NCBI GenBank assembly: GCA_016191985.1
Contig: JACPVB010000004.1
Coordinates: 1 to 50,633 of the forward strand
DNA length: 50,633 nucleotides
DNA from: Chloroflexota bacterium
GTDB lineage: Bacteria; Chloroflexota; Anaerolineae; Anaerolineales; Villigracilaceae
Reading direction: 5' to 3'
The notes beneath the pieces were generated by a model that saw only the letters and a program-made list of their open reading frames with translations, had not been told where the DNA came from and did no database searches. Position numbers and translations under genes: made by a program. Shown in pieces: positions 34,815 through 43,286 of the stretch (the first letter of the stretch is position 1; every line of letters starts with the position of its first letter).

Positions 34815-37526
34815 TTATCCTTCATCCTTTGCATGTATTTCCACTTCTTCATAGCCCGTCACCATGCCGCGCATGGCTTCCAGCGGCGTTGCGCCTGTGG
34901 TCGTCATGTACACGTGCCCGACGATGAAGGTGGCGAAGGTCCACGCAATCAGGGAATGGAAGGGAGCCAGGAAGGTCAGTCCGCCAAACAGGTTCGCAAC
35001 CTGCGGGAACTTCTGCACGCCCCACATCAGCGCGCCCGTCAGCATTTGCAAAGGCAGCAACACATTCAAAATGCCGAAGTACGTCGCCTTCTGGATCGGG
35101 TTCATACGGTTATCAGGCCGCTTTTCGAAGGGATGTCCCTCGCCCTTGAAGATGCCCGTCATGTAATACTTCGCTTGAACAATCGCATCGTCGAAGAACC
35201 CATACGGGCGCGGGATATATTCCTGCATCCGCGCGGTGGCGATGTGATAAAAGATCGAAAGCAAAGCGTTGATCACCAGGACGACCGCGACCACGTTATG
35301 CACCGTCACCACACCACGGAACGAGAACGCACCGAAGATGTCTGGTCTGTGGATGATGAGTCCCGTGAACAACAGGATTACAATGGATGTGGTTTGCAGC
35401 CAGTGCCAGAAGCGGCGATAGGCATCGTACATATAAATGCGCTCGGTTCGGGCGTGACCTTTCGCCTGCTTCCGTGACGAGAAGTATCTCATCGTCCCGT
35501 GCCCTGCCACCCCAAAGAGCGTGCCTGCAAACATCAATGCGCCCAGCCAGTCGATCCAACTTACGCGGCTGGAGCCGAAGACGTACATGTCATCGTCCAC
35601 GGGCGTGGGTTGGTAATATAGCGCGCCGTTCTCGTCGGTGACGAAATCGCCGCTGCCGTTCACGTTGTTATTGATATCGAAATCTGGAGTAATGCCGCTC
35701 GGCACAGAGTCTGCCAGCTTGATGGACTGCGCCACGCGCGAGTCCGCATTATGACAGGACTTGCACTCGTTAAGCGCATTCTCTCCGCGCGTCACACTGT
35801 GGTTGATGCTGTACGGCTGCACCATGCCTTCAATGCGTGGGTTGTTCAGCCCTAGTGCGCCAAGTTTTTCCTTGACGATTTCTTCCTTGGCAGGTGAGTT
35901 GATCCTGAGTTCATCACTTCCCAACATGCCATCGCCGTTTGCATCGAATACTTGCAAAATATCGGCTGCGTAATCGCCGTTCTCAAGGTAGGCGGCTTCC
36001 AAGTCCACCAGGCGGACGGGGCGTTTGTTTCCATTCGCATCGTCATATACCCAGTAGAAGGAAGTGATCAGGTTATACGGCGCAAGCAACGTGTCGCCGT
36101 CAATATTTGTGCGGTTGAGCAGCACGGGTTCATAGCCCGTGACCAATGAAGTCACTTCGTTAGGGTTCCCTTCCACGCCTCGGCAGGTTTCAAGCGCCTT
36201 GCCATCGAGGGTGATGACTGTCCAGTCATAGGTCTGGATGGCGGGGGCGTACATCTGCGGGATGTGACAGGTCTCGCAAGCCACGGCATCCATGTGGGTC
36301 TCAATATATGGAAGCCAGTCGGCATGTCCCTTGCTGTAATCGTGGCAGTTCTCGCAGCGGCGCATGGTTCCCTTGTATTCAGGAGCCACGTTAAACTGCG
36401 CGCTTTCGCCGCGTGCAACGTTGTGGTCTGGCCGCTCAAGGTATTCGCTAATTTCCAATGAGCGCGGGTCATAGACGAGGTGCTCAGGATTGTTGCTTTG
36501 CAGTTCACTGGCGTGCGCGGGGTTATTCAATGCGTAGTGACAGTCTGTGCATTGCAGTTGGCGTTCCGCGTGAATATCCCATGAGCGAGCAACGTCATTT
36601 TTGCCAGAGAGGTTCACACCAGACTCGTTGATGCGCTGTCCGCTCACAACCTGCCCTGTGGTGGCGGTTTGCGGGTAATTCAGGTCACAGGCGTTGAGGG
36701 TGAGAGCTTCTTCCGTTTCAGGGTGAACTTCACCATGGCAGGTTGCGCAGTTTGCGTTGGTGGGGTCTTGAATACCGATAACCTCGCTTTTGAGTTCGCC
36801 AGCTTCGTTGAAGGCTTCGGCGTTCCATACCCAGCCCTCGCCCCCATCACTGACGATGTTTAAGCTTAGTAAGGTGGCGGTGTTGGCATTCCCAAACTCA
36901 CCTGCATGAATGGCCTCGGAGCGCGCTTCGGTGTTGGGGTTTTCAAGGTGGCAGAGGAAGCAGTTCATTTCCATCGTGCCTGATTTGTCCCAGTTCCAGA
37001 CGGAAGCCGTGCCACCTTCATTTAGTATAGCTGTTTCAGGATTGCTCTTACTGGTGGGGAGATCGGTCAATGCTTCGCCATCACGGGAGGTGGTAGCAGG
37101 TCCGCCACCGACAACACGGTCACCGTACAGCATCAGCCATTCGGCAGTGCTGAGGTCAAGGCGTTCGTCGCCATCCTGCGAAAGGAAGCGATAGGTTAGC
37201 GGGTCCCATTCGCCGAAGGAGCCTGTGCTTGCGTTCCAGGATCCGTTCGATGAATTGTTGTAATCAGATAAGCCAAGATCGGAATGGAATGCGTGTGTGG
37301 CGATAAATTCGGTATCATGGCATTGTCCGCAGGTTTGCATGGTGGAGACAGCCTTGCCGCTTTCGAGCACGTTCACCCCGTCCGCATCGAGCAGGATAAA
37401 GTTTGGGTGCAGGGTCGATGCCTTTTCAACAGGAGCAACTGTCGGCGCGGCAAGAACCGTGCTAATCCCGAAGGCAAGCGTGAGGAGCGAGAGTCCAATA
37501 ATTGTGATGAGGGTGTATCGTTTCAT
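34815..37526 (-). CDS. Seven-heme cytochrome c (OTR-like) fused to a C-terminal cytochrome b (FdnI/PhsC-type) membrane domain
   Basis: Signal peptide; CXXCH x7 (CGQCH, CFLCH, CATCH, CTDCH, CENCH, CETCH, CKSCH); C-terminal RFWHW, TVHN, NPIQK, APFHS and VGHVYM with TM helices. Confidence 0.88.
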   Translation of the reverse strand: MKRYTLITIIGLSLLTLAFGISTVLAAPTVAPVEKASTLHPNFILLDADGVNVLESGKAVSTMQTCGQCHDTEFIATHAFHSDLGLSDYNNSSNGSWNASTGSFGEWDPLTYRFLSQDGDERLDLSTAEWLMLYGDRVVGGGPATTSRDGEALTDLPTSKSNPETAILNEGGTASVWNWDKSGTMEMNCFLCHLENPNTEARSEAIHAGEFGNANTATLLSLNIVSDGGEGWVWNAEAFNEAGELKSEVIGIQDPTNANCATCHGEVHPETEEALTLNACDLNYPQTATTGQVVSGQRINESGVNLSGKNDVARSWDIHAERQLQCTDCHYALNNPAHASELQSNNPEHLVYDPRSLEISEYLERPDHNVARGESAQFNVAPEYKGTMRRCENCHDYSKGHADWLPYIETHMDAVACETCHIPQMYAPAIQTYDWTVITLDGKALETCRGVEGNPNEVTSLVTGYEPVLLNRTNIDGDTLLAPYNLITSFYWVYDDANGNKRPVRLVDLEAAYLENGDYAADILQVFDANGDGMLGSDELRINSPAKEEIVKEKLGALGLNNPRIEGMVQPYSINHSVTRGENALNECKSCHNADSRVAQSIKLADSVPSGITPDFDINNNVNGSGDFVTDENGALYYQPTPVDDDMYVFGSSRVSWIDWLGALMFAGTLFGVAGHGTMRYFSSRKQAKGHARTERIYMYDAYRRFWHWLQTTSIVILLFTGLIIHRPDIFGAFSFRGVVTVHNVVAVVLVINALLSIFYHIATARMQEYIPRPYGFFDDAIVQAKYYMTGIFKGEGHPFEKRPDNRMNPIQKATYFGILNVLLPLQMLTGALMWGVQKFPQVANLFGGLTFLAPFHSLIAWTFATFIVGHVYMTTTGATPLEAMRGMVTGYEEVEIHAKDEG

Positions 37527-37571
37527 AGTCATATCCTTGATGAGCAGAGACTGGAGACTAATCACTAGTCT

Positions 37572-39005
37572 CTACCTCCCACCCCATTCAATCGGGTCAC
37601 CGGGGTAGCCGAGGGCTGCCCAGTCCATGCGGCTGTTGGCACTATGACACGAATCGCATTGCAGCGCCTTATCGGCAGGTTGCACCATGTGCGTGGTAGC
37701 CCAATACATGTAAGTTTCGGTGAAGTCGTATTCGCCGCTGTACGCCAGGCCCGTGATGGGTGCGGCCAGTTCGAAGGCGCTGTTCCAGTCGAAGGTTGTC
37801 CAGAAGCCGTCTTTGCCGGCGGTGACAGGCTGGAGCAGGTAATTGTTTTTCACATCGTACGGCTGGTTTGCGATGTGCAGCTTGAAGGGGAATATCTTCG
37901 CGGTGGCATCTTCGATGCTGCCCGCAGGTTTGTTGATATAGGTAATGCCATCCTTGCCAAGCGGGTCACCGAGGATATAGCGGTATTCGTTGTTGCCGTT
38001 GAACCATAGATACGTAGGAGCAAAGTTCTTATCGTAGACGAATTCGCCTTTGATCTTGAGATAGGTGAAGTGGTCGTCCTCGCGTCCTTCCTGACCTGCT
38101 TGTGACCAGTCCCAAGTGACCTTGGTCGGGTCTTCGAGCGCGAGTGCGGGCACGTGGCAAGTCTGGCACGCCACGGAAGAAAGATGAGTATTGATGCGTT
38201 CATCTTCATGTTGTTGGTTCACATGGCATTGCTCACAGGAAACCTGTTCTTTGGGATCGATGGTGTAATTGTCCGCGACCATGCGGCCAAGGATCTGGTG
38301 ATCTTCTGTCCAGTGGCAGTCGGTGCATTGCATGTCCAACTCGCCGCCCATGTGCACGTCGAGGTTTTCATCAGGGAAATATAAACTCTCGTCCAGGTCG
38401 CCGTGTTTGACGCCGTTTCCGCCGCCGCCATCGAAGTGGCATTTTCCGCAGTTCTCACGTGTGGGTGCGCGAACAGATTGTGCTGCGGCGAGCAGGTCCA
38501 CGCCTTCGGCGGGGTTGCCAAAGAGACCTTTGCCGTATGCACCCGTGTCGGCGTGACAGGCAAGGCAGTCCACATTTTCGGGGTTGGCTTGTTGGGTCTC
38601 GCGCCCTTCTTCCCAGCCATAGCCTGCATGGCAGGCCATGCACTTGTTCTCATTGCCTTGCGAGCCGATGCAGAAATTGTTAATCTGGTTGGCTTTGCCA
38701 ATCGTCACATCTTCATCGCGCCAGGGGACATCGAAGGCTTTTGATTCCCATGTCCAGTGGGTGGTTTTCATAACGGCGGCTGCGGCGTCTTCATGGCATT
38801 CAAGACAGGCACGCGTTACATCCTGTCCTGTTTTGAATTCACCCTGCACGATGTCCTTATGGTCCACGTGCACGAGTTTCTCTGGCAGGTACGCAGCAGG
38901 GTCATTCTTTGATTGGGCTCGGGGCAGAAAATAAAGGACTGGGACGAGAATCAGCAAAAGTATGCCGAGCAGTCCCAAGGTCCAGGAAGGGAAGCGCTTT
39001 TTCAT
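37572..39005 (-). CDS. Octaheme c-type cytochrome, tetrathionate reductase (OTR) family
   Basis: CXXCH x8; THWTW, IGKANQINNFC, CHAGYGW and GGGGNGVKHGDLD signatures; N-terminal membrane anchor or signal. Confidence 0.92.
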   Translation of the reverse strand: MKKRFPSWTLGLLGILLLILVPVLYFLPRAQSKNDPAAYLPEKLVHVDHKDIVQGEFKTGQDVTRACLECHEDAAAAVMKTTHWTWESKAFDVPWRDEDVTIGKANQINNFCIGSQGNENKCMACHAGYGWEEGRETQQANPENVDCLACHADTGAYGKGLFGNPAEGVDLLAAAQSVRAPTRENCGKCHFDGGGGNGVKHGDLDESLYFPDENLDVHMGGELDMQCTDCHWTEDHQILGRMVADNYTIDPKEQVSCEQCHVNQQHEDERINTHLSSVACQTCHVPALALEDPTKVTWDWSQAGQEGREDDHFTYLKIKGEFVYDKNFAPTYLWFNGNNEYRYILGDPLGKDGITYINKPAGSIEDATAKIFPFKLHIANQPYDVKNNYLLQPVTAGKDGFWTTFDWNSAFELAAPITGLAYSGEYDFTETYMYWATTHMVQPADKALQCDSCHSANSRMDWAALGYPGDPIEWGGR

Positions 39006-39349
39006 ACATTCTCCTGTGAAACTTCATTGATCAAGCTGGCTTGGTGTGCGAGTCTGTCGCGCATTGCGCTTCTCAGCAAATCAAGAGCCTGAATGAGTCT
39101 TGTGTCGGAAAGGTGATAGGTGATCACAGTGCCAGTGCGGACGGTGTGTACCAGCCCTCGCTCGCGCAGGACTTTGAGATGGCGCGACGTAGTGGGCTGG
39201 TTCAACCCGAGTTCATTTGCCAGTTCCGTCACGTTGCGTGGGCCTTCACTGAGGGCATATAAGATAAGAAGACGACTCGGGTCGGAGAGCGCCGCACAGA
39301 AGTTGGCTTCGAGTTGGGTGATTTCCTGTTTGAGAGTGGGAGTTACCAT
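39002..39349 (-). CDS. ArsR/SmtB family transcriptional regulator
   Basis: ALSDPSRLLIL, NVTELA, QPTTSRHLKVLRERGLV; overlaps the OTR start (ATGA-type coupling). Confidence 0.92.
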   Translation of the reverse strand: MVTPTLKQEITQLEANFCAALSDPSRLLILYALSEGPRNVTELANELGLNQPTTSRHLKVLRERGLVHTVRTGTVITYHLSDTRLIQALDLLRSAMRDRLAHQASLINEVSQENV

Positions 39350-39400
39350 GAGTACCTGCTTATATGTGTATAAATGAATGTTTGCATCTCTATCATAATA

Positions 39401-39458
39401 TTGTGACAGAATGTACAATAGTGAAGTGTGTCATATTAAGTTTTGTTTAATGTCACAT
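39401..39458. promoter_or_regulatory. Cluster of Rex/CRP-like palindromes in the divergent promoter region
   Basis: TTGTGACAGAATGTACAA (39401-39418) against the Rex consensus TTGTGAA-N4-TTCACAA; two weaker adjacent matches. Confidence 0.4.
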
Positions 39459-39536
39459 AAAAATTGGGTATAATTCGAGAGGTTTGGTTGGAATTACGGA
39501 AGTTCTGTGAATCTTCCGAAGTTTGTGGAGGTATAT

Positions 39537-40148
39537 ATGGAATCGTATCAAAGAGAAGCAATGTCTGTGGATGTGGCCTCACGGCTGCGCGAACTGCGTG
39601 AGGCGCGGGGGATTTCGATGCGGACGCTGGGTACGAAGAGCGGCTTATCGGCAAATGCTCTTTCGATGATCGAGCGCGGCAAAACTTCGCCTTCAGTCAG
39701 CACGCTTTATAAGCTGGCAGATGCTTTGGGTGTTTCGATCACTGCGTTCTTTGGCGCGGAAACCGAAAAGAAGCAGATTGTATTTTTGAAACATGATGAA
39801 CGCACACGCATGTCATTTACACGGGGTGTCTTCGAGGCTTTGGGCGGGGAGCAGTTTGTGGGGCGGGTGGAACCGTTCATGCTGACACTGGAGAGCGGCG
39901 CTTCCTGCGGTCCGCATGGCATGGTGCATACGGGGCATGAGTTTGTCTTTTGCCTGCGAGGTCAGTTGGATTATTTTGTGGAAAAGGAAGTGTTTCACCT
40001 CGAAGCGGGGGACAGCCTGTTATTTGCTTCGAAATTAAGTCATCGCTGGCGCAACCCGGGCAATAATGTCACCAACGCGCTGATCATTATTTCAGGATTT
40101 GCAGAAGGCGAGCAGCCTCACGCCATGCATTGGAAAAAAGGGGAATAA
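39537..40148 (+). CDS. XRE-family HTH regulator with cupin domain
   Basis: RLRELREARG...LSMIERGKTSPSVSTLYKLA; HTGHEFVFCL...GDSL.F.S...HRWRN; GGAGG RBS. Confidence 0.92.
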   Translation: MESYQREAMSVDVASRLRELREARGISMRTLGTKSGLSANALSMIERGKTSPSVSTLYKLADALGVSITAFFGAETEKKQIVFLKHDERTRMSFTRGVFEALGGEQFVGRVEPFMLTLESGASCGPHGMVHTGHEFVFCLRGQLDYFVEKEVFHLEAGDSLLFASKLSHRWRNPGNNVTNALIIISGFAEGEQPHAMHWKKGE

Positions 40149-40172
40149 AACAGAAGTTGGCGGGCAGATAAC

Positions 40173-40213
40173 AAAAAAAGACGCCCATCCAAGCGGACGG
40201 CGTCTTTCGTTTT
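40173..40213. terminator. Bidirectional terminator between convergent genes
   Basis: AAAAAAAGACGCC ... GGCGTCTTTCGTTTT. Confidence 0.7.
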
Positions 40214-40237
40214 AACTACTGAACTATCTACTGGAAA

Positions 40238-40582
40238 CTATGCGTACATTCCCCAGTCCAGCGCAGAGGGGTCTTCCATCATGGAGAAATCCCACATTTC
40301 CATGCCCATTTCAATGGTGACAGGCATGTTGAGTCCCTCAGTAGCTTTTGCCTTGGTCATTTCGATCATGGCGGGACCGTACGGGCAGAATGGCGTGGTA
40401 AGGATCATTTTCAAGCGGGCAATATTGTTTTCGATTTCAATATCACGTACCAGACCCAACTGGATAATGTTCATGCCAATTTCCGGGTCGACCACTTCAG
40501 ACAGGCTTGCGCGAGCCTGTTGCACGATTTCGGGGTGAGTGGTGTGGATGGTCCACTGGATTTCTTTTATTTCTTCGCTCAT
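40238..40582 (-). CDS. Metal-sulfur cluster assembly factor (SufT/DUF59 family)
   Basis: VVDPEIGMNIIQLGLV and LTTPFCP motifs. Confidence 0.9.
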   Translation of the reverse strand: MSEEIKEIQWTIHTTHPEIVQQARASLSEVVDPEIGMNIIQLGLVRDIEIENNIARLKMILTTPFCPYGPAMIEMTKAKATEGLNMPVTIEMGMEMWDFSMMEDPSALDWGMYA

Positions 40583-40596
40583 GGTTCCTCTATTTT

Positions 40597-41238
40597 TTAT
40601 TTCGTGGCAATTTGCCTGGTTTTTACTTCTGCGGGTTGAACCACGTAAGTACAATGTGTGCCGCCATCCAAAATACATTGAACTTTATTTGCAGGCAGCG
40701 CAAGCATTTTTGAGATCAAGGTCTGATCCACCGTGCAGACTTCTGGATGGGCGATGCCAATTTGATAATACGGGCAGGAGATTTCGTGGATCTGGTACTG
40801 TCCGCCTTTCTTTTCCCATTCCACGGTGAAACCCTCCTGCGCCAGCATTTCTTTGACGAAGTCAAGGCGTTGCTCCATACTCAGGTTTTTCATGTCGCTG
40901 GCGTATTGACTGGCGAGATCTTCAGCAATTTGATTGAACAGTTTCGCTACTACCGGCCCCGGCATGGACTCTTTCATTTGCGAAAGTAGTCGTGTAGTCA
41001 ATTTCATATAGCGTGTAGGGAAGTGCTCCATACCATCGTCAGTGAGCACGTACACCAGGCGCGGACGGCCTACTCCGTGCCGCTCCTCCTGTCCTTCCAC
41101 CAATCCTTCCATTTGGAGGTTGGTGAGGTGGTGTCGTACAGAAATTGGATTAATACCGACTGCTTCAGCAAGATCGTTGATTGTTGAGCGGGGTTTTCGT
41201 AGTAACGTCTGTAAAATTTTGTCTCGCGTGGAGTTCAT
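40597..41238 (-). CDS. SufR-like HTH transcriptional regulator with Fe-S-binding cysteines
   Basis: N-terminal HTH (SVRHHLTNL...GRPRLVY); C-terminal SCPY...HPEVC...CILDGGTHC. Confidence 0.85.
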   Translation of the reverse strand: MNSTRDKILQTLLRKPRSTINDLAEAVGINPISVRHHLTNLQMEGLVEGQEERHGVGRPRLVYVLTDDGMEHFPTRYMKLTTRLLSQMKESMPGPVVAKLFNQIAEDLASQYASDMKNLSMEQRLDFVKEMLAQEGFTVEWEKKGGQYQIHEISCPYYQIGIAHPEVCTVDQTLISKMLALPANKVQCILDGGTHCTYVVQPAEVKTRQIATK

Positions 41239-41245
41239 ACCGGGC

Positions 41246-41274
41246 AGTATACCTGTCCGTTCGTTTCTTGTCAA
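41246..41274 (-). promoter_or_regulatory. Sigma70 promoter of a leaderless sufR-like transcript
   Basis: TTGACA (41269-41274)-N17-TATACT (41246-41251)-N7-ATG. Confidence 0.75.
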
Positions 41275-41362
41275 TATACTAGATAAATATCATAAATATT
41301 TTCACTCTTAATTGAAAAGGGCCTGACCAGTGTTTGCCAAGCCCATCAGTTTATTGGTTTTA

Positions 41363-43129
41363 CTATGGAAGGAAATACTGAATAATCAATCTGGGGCGGT
41401 TGGCCGATGCGGTGTTTCCACTGAATATCCTAAGGAAATCTGCGCCAAGGTCGTTATTATCATCCAACGTAAACCGCAGGCGGAATTGGGTGACTCCTGT
41501 TCTGTTTATATAAATAAGATTTGAAGCATTCAATGACCTGGTAAACCAATTATTAACCGGGTTGTTCGTGAAGCGCAAAACACTATTTTTGGTTGCGCTT
41601 GCTGAAAAATCTGCTGTTTCTAGATTTTGATTTCCGTTGAAGCTCCCTGTCTTAATATCCCCAAGCAGAAGGCCGTGCGTATCGAAGGGGTTGGTCCCAA
41701 CCGTCTGCCCTTGTTTGATTTTCACCACAGCTGAAATAATAACAGCGTTATCTGGCAACGCTCCGGTATTGAAGGAGAGAATGGCTCGATATTGGCGGTT
41801 GGAAGCATTGTCGCCCAGCGGGAGGGAACTGCCATTCGTGTCCATTTTGAATCCCGTACCGCTAGTTTCCGATGATTCCAAAACATATCCATCATATGTA
41901 CCTGCTGAAAGAAACGATTTCTGAATAGTTGCCGCCTCCACAAGGTGGAGCACTTTACCTTCCGCATAATCGGTTAGATATATTTCCCTGTTTTCATCCT
42001 CCCCAAAAGATGAAATATAGTAATCTGTGTCGGCGATCAGGGTGGATACCCATTCATCGCTTTCATTTTTTGTCATTCCCCATATTTTGCCTTGACAAAA
42101 ATCGCCGTAAAGATAGACACCCACAAGCGAAGGGAAATTTGTGCCACGGTAGACGTATCCGCCTGTTACTGAACAACCAATGGAGTCATTTGGGCCGTGA
42201 TCGTAAACCGCCACGGGCGGAACGTAACCGGGAGGCGGCGAGCAACTTGAAGTGTTATAGCATAAATTGCCTTCCAGAATATTCCAACCATAATTCTCGC
42301 CACCTGCACTGGAGGAATCCTGAAAATCCACTTCTTCCTGATCTCCTTGCCCAACGTCTCCAATATAAAGATCCCCGTTGGAACGGTCAAAGGAGAGCCG
42401 CCAGGGATTCCGCAATCCATAGGCCCAAATTTCTTCGCGGACATTTGTCTGGCCGACAAAAGGGTTTGTAGGCGGAATGGAATAAGCCGCTCCACTTACA
42501 TCCAGCCGCAGGATTTTCCCGAACAATGTGTTTTTATCCTGGCCATTGCCTTCCGGGTCGCCTCCGCCGCCACTATCGCCAACGGACATGTACAAGTAGC
42601 CATCCGGCCCGAAGGCGATCATGCCTCCATTGTGATTCGTAAATGAATTCGTTTTATTGATCGTCAGGATGGTGGTTCCGTTGGTTTCTGCGATATCGGG
42701 ATCGCTGGATACGTTGAATCGCGCCAGTCGAATCGCGTTGTTCGCCGTGATTGTGTAGACAACGAAAAACCGCCCGTTCGTCTCGTAATTCGGGTCGAAT
42801 GCCAGCCCCAACAGGCCTTGTTCTCCACCTGACGAATTTATGATTCCGCTTATATCAAGGAAGGGCGTTTCATTTAATTGCGCGTTCTTATAGATAAGGA
42901 TTTGTCCACCGCGTTGGACGATGAAGAGACGGTCGGAGCCATCCCCGGCGTGGGTGAGAAATAACGGGTTTGTCAGACCGGCAACAACTGTTTCATATTT
43001 AATATTTTTGGGAACACTTGCAGTATTAACGGCATGAACATTTTTTGTTAAGGTAAAGAAGGCGGCCAGGAATAGCATGATCGCAACGCTCCCGACAAGA
43101 AATTTCCTAAACTTGTGTTTGATTTTCAT
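41363..43129 (-). CDS. Secreted PQQ-dependent sugar (glucose/sorbosone) dehydrogenase-family protein with shared C-terminal domain
   Basis: Signal peptide; EQGLLGLAFDP, NHNGG..FGPDGYLY, GKILR, AYGLRNPWR and GENYGW motifs. Confidence 0.9.
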   Translation of the reverse strand: MKIKHKFRKFLVGSVAIMLFLAAFFTLTKNVHAVNTASVPKNIKYETVVAGLTNPLFLTHAGDGSDRLFIVQRGGQILIYKNAQLNETPFLDISGIINSSGGEQGLLGLAFDPNYETNGRFFVVYTITANNAIRLARFNVSSDPDIAETNGTTILTINKTNSFTNHNGGMIAFGPDGYLYMSVGDSGGGGDPEGNGQDKNTLFGKILRLDVSGAAYSIPPTNPFVGQTNVREEIWAYGLRNPWRLSFDRSNGDLYIGDVGQGDQEEVDFQDSSSAGGENYGWNILEGNLCYNTSSCSPPPGYVPPVAVYDHGPNDSIGCSVTGGYVYRGTNFPSLVGVYLYGDFCQGKIWGMTKNESDEWVSTLIADTDYYISSFGEDENREIYLTDYAEGKVLHLVEAATIQKSFLSAGTYDGYVLESSETSGTGFKMDTNGSSLPLGDNASNRQYRAILSFNTGALPDNAVIISAVVKIKQGQTVGTNPFDTHGLLLGDIKTGSFNGNQNLETADFSASATKNSVLRFTNNPVNNWFTRSLNASNLIYINRTGVTQFRLRFTLDDNNDLGADFLRIFSGNTASANRPRLIIQYFLP

Positions 43130-43238
43130 ATTCTCTCACTTTACATCTATATTGGACAACTGGGATTAAACATTATTTTTTAGGATAGTCGAATTTTTAT
43201 TTTTCTTACGATGTGAATTCTCAGAGATGGTTTTCAAT

Positions 43239-43256
43239 AAGTGACCGTTGTCACTT
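43239..43256. promoter_or_regulatory. Palindromic operator-like site (GTGA-N6-TCAC; CRP/Rex-like)
   Basis: AAGTGAC-CGTT-GTCACTT upstream of the dehydrogenase gene. Confidence 0.4.
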
Positions 43257-43286
43257 TTATTGACAAAATTCCTGGAATTCATTTTG

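Noticed and set aside
3086-35477. Long antisense or alternative-frame ORFs (e.g. 3086..3904, 17218..17901, 22090..22902, 33118..33903, 34734..35477)
   Set aside because: They shadow well-supported genes on the opposite strand, as expected from GC-rich codon bias, and have no motifs of their own.
4021-39005. Selenocysteine (UGA) read-through in Se/S-related genes
   Set aside because: yqeB, yqeC, the XDH subunits, YeeE and the cytochromes are full-length without in-frame TGA, and the GGGCG protein ends in TAG.
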